Assembly (NCBI GenBank): GCA_964532225.1
Contig: CAZHHM010000002.1
Span: forward strand, 47,982-111,981
Reading direction: 5' to 3'
Length of the DNA stretch: 64,000 bases
DNA from: an uncultured bacterium
GTDB lineage: Bacteria; Margulisbacteria; WOR-1; JAKLHX01
Positions within the stretch are counted from its first letter, which is position 1, and every line of letters starts with the position of its first letter. The notes beneath the pieces are model-generated. The model ran no database searches. It saw only the letters and a program-made list of their open reading frames with translations, and was not told where the DNA came from. Of this stretch, positions 55,297-64,000 are shown in pieces. Position numbers and translations under genes: made by a program.

Positions 55297-58038
55297 ATGG
55301 CGTCTAAAAAAGGCTCGAAAAAGTTCATTTATTTCTTCGGCGGAGGCAAGGCTGACGGTAACGAGAAGATGAAGAACCTGTTGGGAGGCAAAGGTGCAAA
55401 CCTTGCTGAAATGGCAGGAAATCCAAAGTTAAAGCTCCCTGTCCCTCCCGGTTTCACGTTCACGACCGATGTCTGCACATACTACTATGCAAACAAAAGA
55501 AAATACCCGAAAGAGCTTGCCGCACAGGTTCAGAAGGCTATTGAGAAGACCGAAGCTATCATGGGTAAAAAATTCGGCGACGTGAACAACCCTCTTCTGG
55601 TGTCCGTCAGGTCAGGAGCAAGAAAATCCATGCCGGGAATGATGGAGACCGTTCTTAACGTAGGTCTCACATCCAAGACCATCCCCGGACTTATCAAGCA
55701 GACCGGCGGCAATGAAAGGTTCGTTTACGACGCCTACAGAAGGCTCATCATGATGTACAGCGACGTAGTCATGGAAAAGGCCGCAGGCATAGAGCCAAAG
55801 GACGAAATGGGGATAAGAAAGCAGCTTGAAAGAGTGATGAACGAGCTGAAGGACAGAAAAGGATACAAATCGGATACGGACATGACAGCTGAAGACCTCA
55901 AGGACCTTTGCGTAGTGTTCAAGGCAAAGGTAAAAGAAGTCCTCGGAAAAGATTTCCCTGATGAGCCTATGGAGCAGCTCTGGGGCGGTGTCGGCGCGGT
56001 ATTCGCGTCATGGAACGGCAAGAGAGCCATCTCATACAGAAGGATCGAAGGCATCCCTGACGAATGGGGTACGGCAGTGAACGTTCAGACCATGGTGTTC
56101 GGCAACATGGGAGATGATTGCGCGACCGGTGTTGCTTTCACAAGGAACCCCGGCAACGGCGACAACCACTTCTACGGCGAGTATCTCGTCAACGCCCAGG
56201 GCGAGGACGTGGTGGCCGGCATCAGGACCCCCTCACCTATCAACGAGTGGTCAAAGAGCGGAGAGAGCAGCAATGCCGTCACGCTTGAAAAAGGCATGCC
56301 GAAGCTGTACAAAGAACTTTTCGCCATACAGAAAAGGCTTGAAGCGCATTACAGGGACATGCAGGACATCGAGTTCACAATCGAAAAAGGAACGCTTTTC
56401 ATGCTTCAGTGCCGCATAGGCAAAAGGAACGGCCCTGCCGCGGTAAAGATGGCCGTTGATATGGTAAAAGAAAAGCTCATCAAAAAAGAAGAGGCCGTTA
56501 TGAGGGTGACCCCTGCCCAGCTTGACGAGCTTCTGCATCCTATCGTCGATCCCGCAGCCGAAAAGACCACCAAGCCTCTCGGCAAAGGTCTTCCTGCAGG
56601 GCCCGGCGGCGCGACAGGAATGATAGTTTTCTCGGCAGAGGACGCGGTCGAATGGGCCAACAAAGGCAAGAAGGTAATTCTCGTAAGGGAAGAGACCAAT
56701 CCCGAGGACGTTGAAGGCATGAGGGTAGCAGAAGCCATCCTTACCGCAAGGGGCGGAATGACCTCTCACGCGGCCCTCGTTGCAAGGGGCTGGGGCAAAT
56801 GCTGCATAGTCGGCTGCTCGGCCATAGAGATCGACTATCACAAGAAGACCATGAAGATCGGTTCTCAGTCTTTAAAAGAAGGCGACTGGATCACCATGAA
56901 CGGTACAAAGGGGTTCATTTACCTCGGCAAGCTCCCGATGGTGGACGCCAGCCAGGAAGGCGGTCTTCTTGACAGCTTCCTCAAGCTTTGCGACGGTATC
57001 AGGAAGCTCAAGGTAAGGACCAATGCCGACACCCCTGCCGACGCGAAGAAAGCAAGGGCTTTCGGCGCCGAAGGCATAGGTCTCTTCAGGATAGAGCACA
57101 TGTTCTACGGAGAAGGTTCCGACCTCCCTCTTTTCAACCTGAGGAAGATGATCCTTTCAAAGTCGCTTGACGAAAGGAAAGCCGCTCTCAAGGACCTGTT
57201 CCCGCAGATGAAGTCCGACATCAAGGCGACCCTTGAGGCGATGAACGGCCTGCCGGTCACCATCAGGCTGATCGACCCGCCGCTCCATGAGTTCGTGCCC
57301 CACGAAGAGGCAAAGCTCCAGGAGCTGGCAAAAGCGCTCAACATCGACATGGAAGAGCTCGAGAAGAGAGCTTCGGTACTTCGCGAGAGCAACCCGATGA
57401 TGGGACACCGCGGCGTAAGGCTCGGCATAACCTATCCTGAGATAACCGAGATAGAGGCAAAGGCCATCTTCGAAGCTGCGGCAGAGCTGATCAAGGCAGG
57501 CAAAAAGGCCTATCCCGAGATCATGGTGCCGGTAGTTTCGACCGAAGCCGAGATCAAGGACCAGTACGAGATAATCAAGAGAGTGTACGACGAAGTGAAG
57601 GCAAAGACAGGCGTAAAGAACCTTCCGTACTCCGTCGGTACGATGATCGAGATCCCGAGGGCCGCTCTCATCGCGAACGAGATCGCCAAATCGGCGCATT
57701 TCTTCTCGTTCGGAACGAACGACCTCACCCAGCTCACTTTCGGTTTCAGCAGGGATGACATCGGTTCATTCCTTTCCGACTATCTCGACAAGAAGATAGT
57801 CCCTGTCGATCCGTTCGTGTCCATCGACAGGTCAGGCGTAGGCGAGCTTATCAGCACCGGCGTCAAGAGGGGAAGGTCCACAAGGAAAGACCTCAAGGTA
57901 GGCATATGCGGAGAGCACGGAGGGGACCCTTCGTCGATAGAGTTCTGCCACAAAGTAGGCATGAACTATGTCAGCTGCTCGCCGTTCAGGGTACCGATCG
58001 CGAGACTGGCTGCAGCACAGGCCGTCCTTAAGTCGTAA
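55297..58038 (+). CDS. ppdK: Pyruvate, phosphate dikinase
   Basis: 913 aa. N-terminal ATP-grasp region, central phosphohistidine domain (…GGMTSHAALVARGWGKCCIVGC…), and C-terminal PEP-utilising TIM barrel. Confidence 0.95.
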   Translation: MASKKGSKKFIYFFGGGKADGNEKMKNLLGGKGANLAEMAGNPKLKLPVPPGFTFTTDVCTYYYANKRKYPKELAAQVQKAIEKTEAIMGKKFGDVNNPLLVSVRSGARKSMPGMMETVLNVGLTSKTIPGLIKQTGGNERFVYDAYRRLIMMYSDVVMEKAAGIEPKDEMGIRKQLERVMNELKDRKGYKSDTDMTAEDLKDLCVVFKAKVKEVLGKDFPDEPMEQLWGGVGAVFASWNGKRAISYRRIEGIPDEWGTAVNVQTMVFGNMGDDCATGVAFTRNPGNGDNHFYGEYLVNAQGEDVVAGIRTPSPINEWSKSGESSNAVTLEKGMPKLYKELFAIQKRLEAHYRDMQDIEFTIEKGTLFMLQCRIGKRNGPAAVKMAVDMVKEKLIKKEEAVMRVTPAQLDELLHPIVDPAAEKTTKPLGKGLPAGPGGATGMIVFSAEDAVEWANKGKKVILVREETNPEDVEGMRVAEAILTARGGMTSHAALVARGWGKCCIVGCSAIEIDYHKKTMKIGSQSLKEGDWITMNGTKGFIYLGKLPMVDASQEGGLLDSFLKLCDGIRKLKVRTNADTPADAKKARAFGAEGIGLFRIEHMFYGEGSDLPLFNLRKMILSKSLDERKAALKDLFPQMKSDIKATLEAMNGLPVTIRLIDPPLHEFVPHEEAKLQELAKALNIDMEELEKRASVLRESNPMMGHRGVRLGITYPEITEIEAKAIFEAAAELIKAGKKAYPEIMVPVVSTEAEIKDQYEIIKRVYDEVKAKTGVKNLPYSVGTMIEIPRAALIANEIAKSAHFFSFGTNDLTQLTFGFSRDDIGSFLSDYLDKKIVPVDPFVSIDRSGVGELISTGVKRGRSTRKDLKVGICGEHGGDPSSIEFCHKVGMNYVSCSPFRVPIARLAAAQAVLKS

Positions 58039-58051
58039 AATAAAGGAGCTT

Positions 58052-59044
58052 ATGCGCGGAGCCCGCAAAGAGATAGAAGAAAGAGAAGCGAGGCTGCTTT
58101 CAAGTAAAGCAGCCTTGTCTTCTTTATCAAAAGGACGTCAGTGCCCCGAGCCCCAGTGCCCGATACGCACCGCTTACCAGCATGACAGGGACAGGATAAT
58201 CCATTCAAAGGCTTTCAGGAGGCTGATACACAAGACACAGGTATTCATCTCCCCTACCGACGACCATTACAGGACAAGGCTCACTCACACTCTCGAGGTC
58301 TCGCAGATCGGGCGCACCATCGCAAGAGCGCTCAAGCTTAACGAGGACCTTACCGAGGCTATAGCTCTTGGGCACGACCTCGGGCACACTCCGTTCGGTC
58401 ACGCGGGTGAATATGTCCTTGACCGGATACTGAGGAAATACGGCATGAGCTTCGACCACAACGTGCAGAGCCTTCACGTCGTGGACGATATGGAAAAGCT
58501 CAATCTGACATGGGAAGTGCGCGACGGCATCAGGAACCACCCCTGGAGCTTCCCTTCGGCAAAGACGATGGAGGGACAGATAGTCCGTTTCGCCGACAGG
58601 ATAGCCTACATTAACCATGACATCGACGATTCGATAAGGTCGGGCATACTCAAAAAGAGCGACCTTCCAAAAAAGTTCAGGGATTTTATGGGCAGCAGCC
58701 CTATAGACGCTTTCGTTAAGGATATCATCGAGAGCAGCTGCGGCAAAGACACAATAAGGCTCAGCAGGACCGGGCTTTCAACTCTCAAGGGGCTCTACGC
58801 CTATCTCTTTAAGAAAGTATACACGGGCGAACAGTTCAAACAGCAGGAAAAAAGGATAGAGCATGTCATAACCGTGCTCTTCGACCACTATATGGCGCAT
58901 CCCGAAAAGATACCCGGAGCAAAAAGGACGAACAGCAAAAAGAGGACGGCCGCCCAGGTAAGGGATTTCATAGCGGGCATGACCGACAGGTACGCGGTAT
59001 CCACCTTCGAAGGGCTCTTCGTGCCCGGCGAATGGGACAAATGA
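58052..59044 (+). CDS. dgt: dGTP triphosphohydrolase-like HD-domain protein
   Basis: DRDRIIHSKAFRRL…RLTHTLEVSQIGR…HDLGHTPFGH. Start at the ATG at 58052 with an AAAGGAG RBS. Confidence 0.85.
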   Translation: MRGARKEIEEREARLLSSKAALSSLSKGRQCPEPQCPIRTAYQHDRDRIIHSKAFRRLIHKTQVFISPTDDHYRTRLTHTLEVSQIGRTIARALKLNEDLTEAIALGHDLGHTPFGHAGEYVLDRILRKYGMSFDHNVQSLHVVDDMEKLNLTWEVRDGIRNHPWSFPSAKTMEGQIVRFADRIAYINHDIDDSIRSGILKKSDLPKKFRDFMGSSPIDAFVKDIIESSCGKDTIRLSRTGLSTLKGLYAYLFKKVYTGEQFKQQEKRIEHVITVLFDHYMAHPEKIPGAKRTNSKKRTAAQVRDFIAGMTDRYAVSTFEGLFVPGEWDK

Positions 59045-60792
59045 TCAAAGACAGCATACTCGATGAGATAAGGAACAAAGCCGACATAGTCAGCGTCGTG
59101 GGCGACTATGTAGCTCTGCGCAAAAGGGGCAGGAACTACCTTGCCCTGTGCCCTTTCCACAGCGAAAAGACCCCTTCGTTCACTGTAAGCCAGGAAAAAC
59201 AGCTCTTCCACTGCTTCGGCTGCGGCGAGGGCGGCAATGTCTTCACTTTTGTGATGAAGCACGAGAACGTCTCTTTTGTCGAAGCCGCGAAAATACTTGC
59301 CGACAAGCTCGGCATAGCTTTCGACGCACCTGTAGCAGGTCACGGTCAGGTCCCGTCGGAGACGCAGAAGCTCTACGACATACTCGAGGAGGCCGCGAAG
59401 TTCTACGAGCATGAGCTCAGAAGGAGCGCCTCTGCCGTCGATTACGCTAAGAAAAGAGGACTTACCAAGAACGCGGTCATCTCTTTCCGTATAGGCTATT
59501 CGCCCGAAGGCTGGGACGGGCTGTACAAGCATCTCGCGGGAAAAGGCTTCCATCCCAAAGACATCGAGCGTGCGGGGCTGATAATACCACGCGAAGGGCA
59601 AAGCACGTATTACGACAGGTTCAGGAACCGCCTTATGTTCACCATAACCGACATCAAGGGCCGGCCCATAGGCTTCGGGGCAAGGAGCATGGATGGCTCC
59701 GAGCCGAAATATCTCAACAGCCCCGACTCCCCGGTATACAACAAGAGCAACGTGCTCTTCGGACTTTATCAGGCCAAAGAAGCGGTCAGGGCAAAGAAAC
59801 AGGCGCTCATAATGGAAGGCTACATGGACGTTGTCGCCTCGCATACGGCCGGGTTCGAAAATTCCGTTGCAAGTTCGGGAACATCTCTTACGATAAATCA
59901 AATGAAGGCCCTTCAACGCCTTACATCCGAGTTCGTCCTCGTCTTCGACGCAGACAGCGCCGGCTCAGCAGCTTCGGACAAGAGCATTGATATGCTCAGG
60001 GAGATCGGGATATACCCGAAGGTCGCCCTGCTGCACGGAGGCAAGGACCCGGACGAAGTGATAAAGAACAAAGGCAAAGAGCATTTCGCCTCGCTGATAG
60101 CCGATGCCGTACCCTGGCTCCGGTTCAAGCTGGAAAAGGCCGTCTCTGCGGTGAACCTTAACGAGGTGGAGAGCAGGGCAAAAGCGGCAAGGGACTGCGC
60201 CGCGATACTGGCGCTGGTGAGCGACCATGTCATAAGGAACGAGTATGCCAAGACCTTCGCGGGCAGGCTCAACGTCGATCAGGAAACTCTTCTGGCCGAG
60301 ATAAAAAGGCATTCCTACTACGGCAGGAACAGGACCGGCCGGAGGGACGAGCCGATAAAGAAGCCTGATTCAAAGGTCGCGAAGGCCGAGCGGACCGTGA
60401 TACGGCTCAGCCTTGAGAGCAAGGAAGCTCTCGACAGGACGCTTTCGGAGATAAGCGCTGACGACCTTACCGATGACGTAAGGAAAAGGATATTTTCCGC
60501 GATGGCAGGTCTTACCGAGGATGATTTTGTAAATTCCGCGGTATTTGATAGAATGGAGGATGAGGAGGCCCAAAGAGCCCTATCCGAGATAATCATCGAC
60601 GACACGGATATCCTCGACAAAGAAAAGACACTGCAGGACTGCATTAACGTCATCAAGGGCAATATGCTTGCGCGCAAGAGCCTTGAACTGAGGCGCAGGA
60701 TCAGCGAGGCCGAAAAGAACAACGACCTGGCGGCTCTCGCGGAGCTCCAGAAAGAATATAAACAACATCATGAGCAGATACGGGGCTTTTAG
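59032..60792 (+). CDS. dnaG: DNA primase
   Basis: Zinc-ribbon CPFHSEKTPSF…CFGCGEGGN and a TOPRIM domain (EGYMDV…VFDADSAG). Confidence 0.9.
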   Translation: MGQMIKDSILDEIRNKADIVSVVGDYVALRKRGRNYLALCPFHSEKTPSFTVSQEKQLFHCFGCGEGGNVFTFVMKHENVSFVEAAKILADKLGIAFDAPVAGHGQVPSETQKLYDILEEAAKFYEHELRRSASAVDYAKKRGLTKNAVISFRIGYSPEGWDGLYKHLAGKGFHPKDIERAGLIIPREGQSTYYDRFRNRLMFTITDIKGRPIGFGARSMDGSEPKYLNSPDSPVYNKSNVLFGLYQAKEAVRAKKQALIMEGYMDVVASHTAGFENSVASSGTSLTINQMKALQRLTSEFVLVFDADSAGSAASDKSIDMLREIGIYPKVALLHGGKDPDEVIKNKGKEHFASLIADAVPWLRFKLEKAVSAVNLNEVESRAKAARDCAAILALVSDHVIRNEYAKTFAGRLNVDQETLLAEIKRHSYYGRNRTGRRDEPIKKPDSKVAKAERTVIRLSLESKEALDRTLSEISADDLTDDVRKRIFSAMAGLTEDDFVNSAVFDRMEDEEAQRALSEIIIDDTDILDKEKTLQDCINVIKGNMLARKSLELRRRISEAEKNNDLAALAELQKEYKQHHEQIRGF

Positions 60793-60861
60793 TGAAATTA
60801 TTTACTATTGTGTTCGATAATGATTATGAGAAAGCAAGCAAAGGTCGCTAAGGAGGTTTAC

Positions 60862-61902
60862 ATGATCCAGAAACAAGCCGCAGGTGAGTCGTTCCAGAGA
60901 AAAAAAGGATTCTCACACGGCGAAGACTATATATCCCTGTATCCCGATTCGGTAAAGAGCTTCGGGGAGATAGAGTTCCTGCTCAAGAACATGGAGCTCA
61001 CCGACGAAAAGCCCAAGAAGTTCACCGAGGAGGAGCATCCCGTCGTCCACGAGGCCGAGGATCACAAAGGCACCGGCAGCGACGACACCGTGAAGATGTA
61101 CCTCAGGGAGATAGGCAAGTTCCCTCTTCTCACCTTCAAAGAAGAGATCGACCTTGCCAAGAGGATGAAGGGCGGCGACATGAGGGCAAAGCACAAGCTG
61201 GTCAACAGCAACCTCAGGCTAGTCGTCAGCATCGCGAAAAAATATACAGGCAGGGGCATGCTGTTCCTCGACCTGATACAGGAGGGCAACCTCGGTCTCA
61301 TCAGGGCGGTTGAGAAGTTCGACTACAGGAAAGGCTACAAGTTCTCGACGTATGCCACCTGGTGGATCAGGCAGGCGATAACAAGGTCCATAGCCGACCA
61401 GGCCCGCACCATCAGGATCCCAGTGCACATGGTCGAGACGATCAACAAGCTGAGGAAGATAAACAGGAACCTTCTGCAGAGGTTCGGCAGGAAGCCGACC
61501 GAAAAAGAGATCGCAAAACGCGCGCGGATGTCGGTGGACAAGGTAAGGGACATCGTGAAAGTTTCGCAGCTGCCACTCTCCCTTGAGATACCGATCGGCG
61601 ACGAAGAAAGCTCGCATCTTGGGGACTTCGTGGAAGATTCCACGGTAGCGCATCCGGACGAAGCGGTCCTTCACGGGATGCTCCGTGACGATCTTGAAGA
61701 GGTAATGAACTCGCTTTCCGAAAGGGAAAGAACGGTACTAAAGCTCAGGTTCGGTCTCGAGGACGGAAGACCGCGTACTCTCGAAGAGGTCGGGCAGCTT
61801 TACAAGGTGACCAGGGAGCGTATCAGGCAGATCGAGGCAAAGGCTCTCAGGAAGCTCAAACATCCGACCCGCAGCAGAAAGCTCAGAGAGTATCTGAAAT
61901 AA
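60862..61902 (+). CDS. rpoD: RNA polymerase sigma factor RpoD (sigma-70)
   Basis: Regions 2-4 ([38 protein letters not shown]…). Start at the ATG at 60862 after the AAGGAGG RBS. Canonical dnaG-rpoD order. Confidence 0.9.
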   Translation: MIQKQAAGESFQRKKGFSHGEDYISLYPDSVKSFGEIEFLLKNMELTDEKPKKFTEEEHPVVHEAEDHKGTGSDDTVKMYLREIGKFPLLTFKEEIDLAKRMKGGDMRAKHKLVNSNLRLVVSIAKKYTGRGMLFLDLIQEGNLGLIRAVEKFDYRKGYKFSTYATWWIRQAITRSIADQARTIRIPVHMVETINKLRKINRNLLQRFGRKPTEKEIAKRARMSVDKVRDIVKVSQLPLSLEIPIGDEESSHLGDFVEDSTVAHPDEAVLHGMLRDDLEEVMNSLSERERTVLKLRFGLEDGRPRTLEEVGQLYKVTRERIRQIEAKALRKLKHPTRSRKLREYLK

Positions 61903-61963
61903 GCAGTCTGTCATCGCGAACCCCGCGTGCGGGGTGAAGCGATCTGGGCCCTAGAAGCAATCA

Positions 61964-61993
61964 AGCCCCCACACATCGTCGCGGGGGTTTTTG
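61964..61993 (+). terminator. Terminator-like GC hairpin + TTTTT after rpoD
   Basis: The sequence agcccccacacatcgtcgcgggggtttttg was seen directly. Confidence 0.45.
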
Positions 61994-62080
61994 TTTATAT
62001 TGACTCTCCTCCCCCAGATGATAAAATTACTATTCAGTAAGGGCGCTCCAATGCGACGCCCAAACAAAAGGAGGAAGAGC

Positions 62081-63166
62081 ATGAAGAAGACCCTAGTGAT
62101 GTTGACGGCCCTGGCCCTTGCCCTGTCCGTGCCGATGGCCGGAGTTTCAAGTGCTTACGCTTACGGCGTCGGCGCGAAATTCGCCGCAATGGGCGGCGCA
62201 GGAGCTGCACTGGTCGATGATTCGCTTTCCGCCTACTACAATCCTGCCGGCATAGTCGAATCTCAGGGTGTTTCTCTGAAGCTCGGTGCCGGTGCCGCGA
62301 CAGAAGGCGCTGACAAGCTCATTGCCGCTCTCGCCAGCATGAACGATCCAAGCAAGTTCTTCACAGACAACATCGCCAACGCTGTTGATATCAACGGTTC
62401 CGCGAACGCCTTCATCGGACTGACTTTCATGAAGATGGGGCTGAGCGTTTATCCTAACGCCACCCTGATCATGACAAAAGCGGCCGGTGCCACAACAGGG
62501 AGCGTGACCGGAGCAGGCGGCTATACAGGCGCCTTCACGATGGGATACGGCGTCGGAGTTCCGCTTCTGGGCAGCCTTAACATAGGCGCCAACCTTAAGA
62601 CAGCGACATCAGTGTTCTCTACCGGGACCATAGCCGTAGGCGCGGTGACGAACAATGTGACCACGCTAAGCGGTGTCGGGCTCGATCTCGGCGCAAAGGG
62701 CAATATCGATGCAATACCGATGATGCCGTTAAAGGCCGCACTGGTCATAAAGAACATCGGGCTCACGATGTCAGGGAAAACAGAGAACACCGTCACTCCT
62801 ACCGGAGGATCTTCGACAACAACGGTAACGGACGCGACTCCTTTGGTAAGCCCGACGACGGTTGTGGTGGCTGCAGCCGGACAGATACCTGTTGTAGGCG
62901 CCACTTTGGCCCTTGATATCGAGAACACCTCGGGCGGATCGATGGGATCTACATCCTTCTCGACGACCCACATAGGCGTTGAATATCCCGTGCTGGCAGG
63001 TCTGATAGCGCTCAGGGCGGGTAAAGCCACCGGCGGGGTTGGCGGTTCTGTGGATGTCACGACGATCGGCGCCGGAGTGCTTGGACTACTTAATGTAGCC
63101 ATGGTAACGGACAACAAGAACACGAAGAACAACCAGACCATGTTCGATTTCGGCATCGGGTTCTGA
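62081..63166 (+). CDS. Putative outer-membrane beta-barrel protein, paralog of 20987-21859
   Basis: Signal peptide MKKTLVMLTALALALSVPMAGVSSAYA after an AAAAGGAGGA RBS. KFAAMGGAGAALVDDSLSAYYNPAGI motif, then a Gly/Thr-rich beta-strand pattern. Confidence 0.5.
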   Translation: MKKTLVMLTALALALSVPMAGVSSAYAYGVGAKFAAMGGAGAALVDDSLSAYYNPAGIVESQGVSLKLGAGAATEGADKLIAALASMNDPSKFFTDNIANAVDINGSANAFIGLTFMKMGLSVYPNATLIMTKAAGATTGSVTGAGGYTGAFTMGYGVGVPLLGSLNIGANLKTATSVFSTGTIAVGAVTNNVTTLSGVGLDLGAKGNIDAIPMMPLKAALVIKNIGLTMSGKTENTVTPTGGSSTTTVTDATPLVSPTTVVVAAAGQIPVVGATLALDIENTSGGSMGSTSFSTTHIGVEYPVLAGLIALRAGKATGGVGGSVDVTTIGAGVLGLLNVAMVTDNKNTKNNQTMFDFGIGF

Positions 63167-63187
63167 TCAAGGCCTGAGAGAGTATTA

Positions 63188-63219
63188 AAGCCCTCTGCGA
63201 AAGTGGGGGGCTTTTTTTA
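63188..63219 (+). terminator. Rho-independent terminator after the OMP gene
   Basis: The sequence aagccctctgcgaaagtggggggc is followed by TTTTTTT. Confidence 0.5.
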
Positions 63220-63335
63220 TATTTACCCCCTCTTGCCTGTCGGCATTCTCCCCCTTGGTAAGGGGGAGAGATCCCTAAAGGAGTAGAGCAGCGTATCTTT
63301 GCTATCGTAGCAAGACATGCGGAGGTGCAGGGAGC

Positions 63336-63935
63336 TCATTTGGCGGCTTGTACAGCCCAGCTCTTGTCAAGGATCTTCAGGACCTGAGGCGCCACCTCTT
63401 CGACAAGTCCGTCAAGAGCATTTGACATAGCCATATACTCTCTTTCGGATGCCGGTTCGTTGTAAGGTGTTCTATATGAGGCGTTCTCTCTTTTTGTCAG
63501 ATAAAATGCTTCGTCGATCTTACCGTTTATCATTAATTGCCTGGCTTTTGCAAGGTCCTCAAGTTTGACTTTAACTGTGGCTTCGGAATATTTCACGGGC
63601 TTCCCGTTCTTTACAAGGACAACGGCAAAGACCATCTCGAACTTATGTTTCGTATCTTGATCTGAAGTATATATTCCAAAACTGCACATGAACTGTGAGC
63701 CTTCAATGTTCATGTATCTCATGGGCAGTATTTTATTGGAACATACATCGCTAATTGTCCTTCTGGATTCATAAAGGCTTTTATATTCTTCTTCAGTATA
63801 GTACTGGATCTTTTTGACCTCCCCGTTAACGTCAACACCGGGCACAAGCGTCATGAGTGAGCCGTCACTCTCTACGGCGACATCAGAACCGGTCCTGAAT
63901 AGCGGATTCTGTATCCTTACTATCTTCGCGTTCAT
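63336..63935 (-). CDS. Hypothetical protein
   Basis: 199-aa ORF with no recognised motif. Confidence 0.35.
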   Translation of the reverse strand: MNAKIVRIQNPLFRTGSDVAVESDGSLMTLVPGVDVNGEVKKIQYYTEEEYKSLYESRRTISDVCSNKILPMRYMNIEGSQFMCSFGIYTSDQDTKHKFEMVFAVVLVKNGKPVKYSEATVKVKLEDLAKARQLMINGKIDEAFYLTKRENASYRTPYNEPASEREYMAMSNALDGLVEEVAPQVLKILDKSWAVQAAK

Positions 63936-64000
63936 TCCGGCAGACCGGAGTTCTTTATATAGGACATATGCAGCTTCGATACAATCAAATCCGTCTTCGT

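Noticed and set aside
1-64000. CRISPR arrays, rRNA genes, integrase/transposase genes
   Set aside because: Scanned for regularly spaced direct repeats, rRNA-like conserved blocks and recombinase motifs (tyrosine/serine/DDE). None were found. The only short repeats are those listed (tRNA 3' duplicate, 80-bp IRs, 33-nt element, paralog termini).

Overview
The window is a 64-kb stretch of a moderately GC-rich bacterial chromosome, probably an anaerobe: pyruvate phosphate dikinase, a MetV-MetF acetogen-type MTHFR pair, a sigma-54-type regulator, and proteins with Por/FlgD-Ig-like C-terminal domains are all present. Most of the window is housekeeping: grpE-dnaK and dnaJ, split by three divergently oriented paralogs; rsmE-pgm; panE-tldD; metVF-lysS-coaX; trpF/trpC and trpA; rsmH-ftsL; gltX; speB; rpsA-pyrF; rimO; argCJB; AMMECR1 with a Memo/LigB-like gene; a two-component system; yqeK-LCP-rsfS; ppdK; dgt-dnaG-rpoD. 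The clear accessory region is a visibly AT-rich island of about 6.9 kb (48.2-55.1 kb) directly downstream of a tRNA-Ala(GGC). A 30-nt copy of the tRNA 3' end sits at the island border, and the island is bracketed by ~80-bp inverted repeats. It carries a RadC(JAB)-Dam fusion methyltransferase, a large AlwI/N.BstNBI-family-like endonuclease candidate, a beta-class N6A/N4C methyltransferase, and a HARE-HTH + PD-(D/E)xK nuclease. Its last two genes are a translationally coupled pair: a ThsB/DUF1863-type TIR-like protein and a tiny 2-3 TM membrane protein. I consider this pair the best candidate for an undescribed Thoeris-like defence module. Other oddities: a tandem family of three paralogs with near-identical 5' and 3' ends and divergent cores, one carrying a CheD-like domain; a 33-nt repeat present both in an intergenic region and in-frame inside rimO; a long homopurine/homopyrimidine palindrome next to trpA; a sigma-54-activator-like response regulator with a degenerate ATPase motif; and two possibly leaderless genes. 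No CRISPR array, rRNA, integrase or transposase was seen. All calls are from reading the sequence and the translations and from remembered family motifs; no database search was run.
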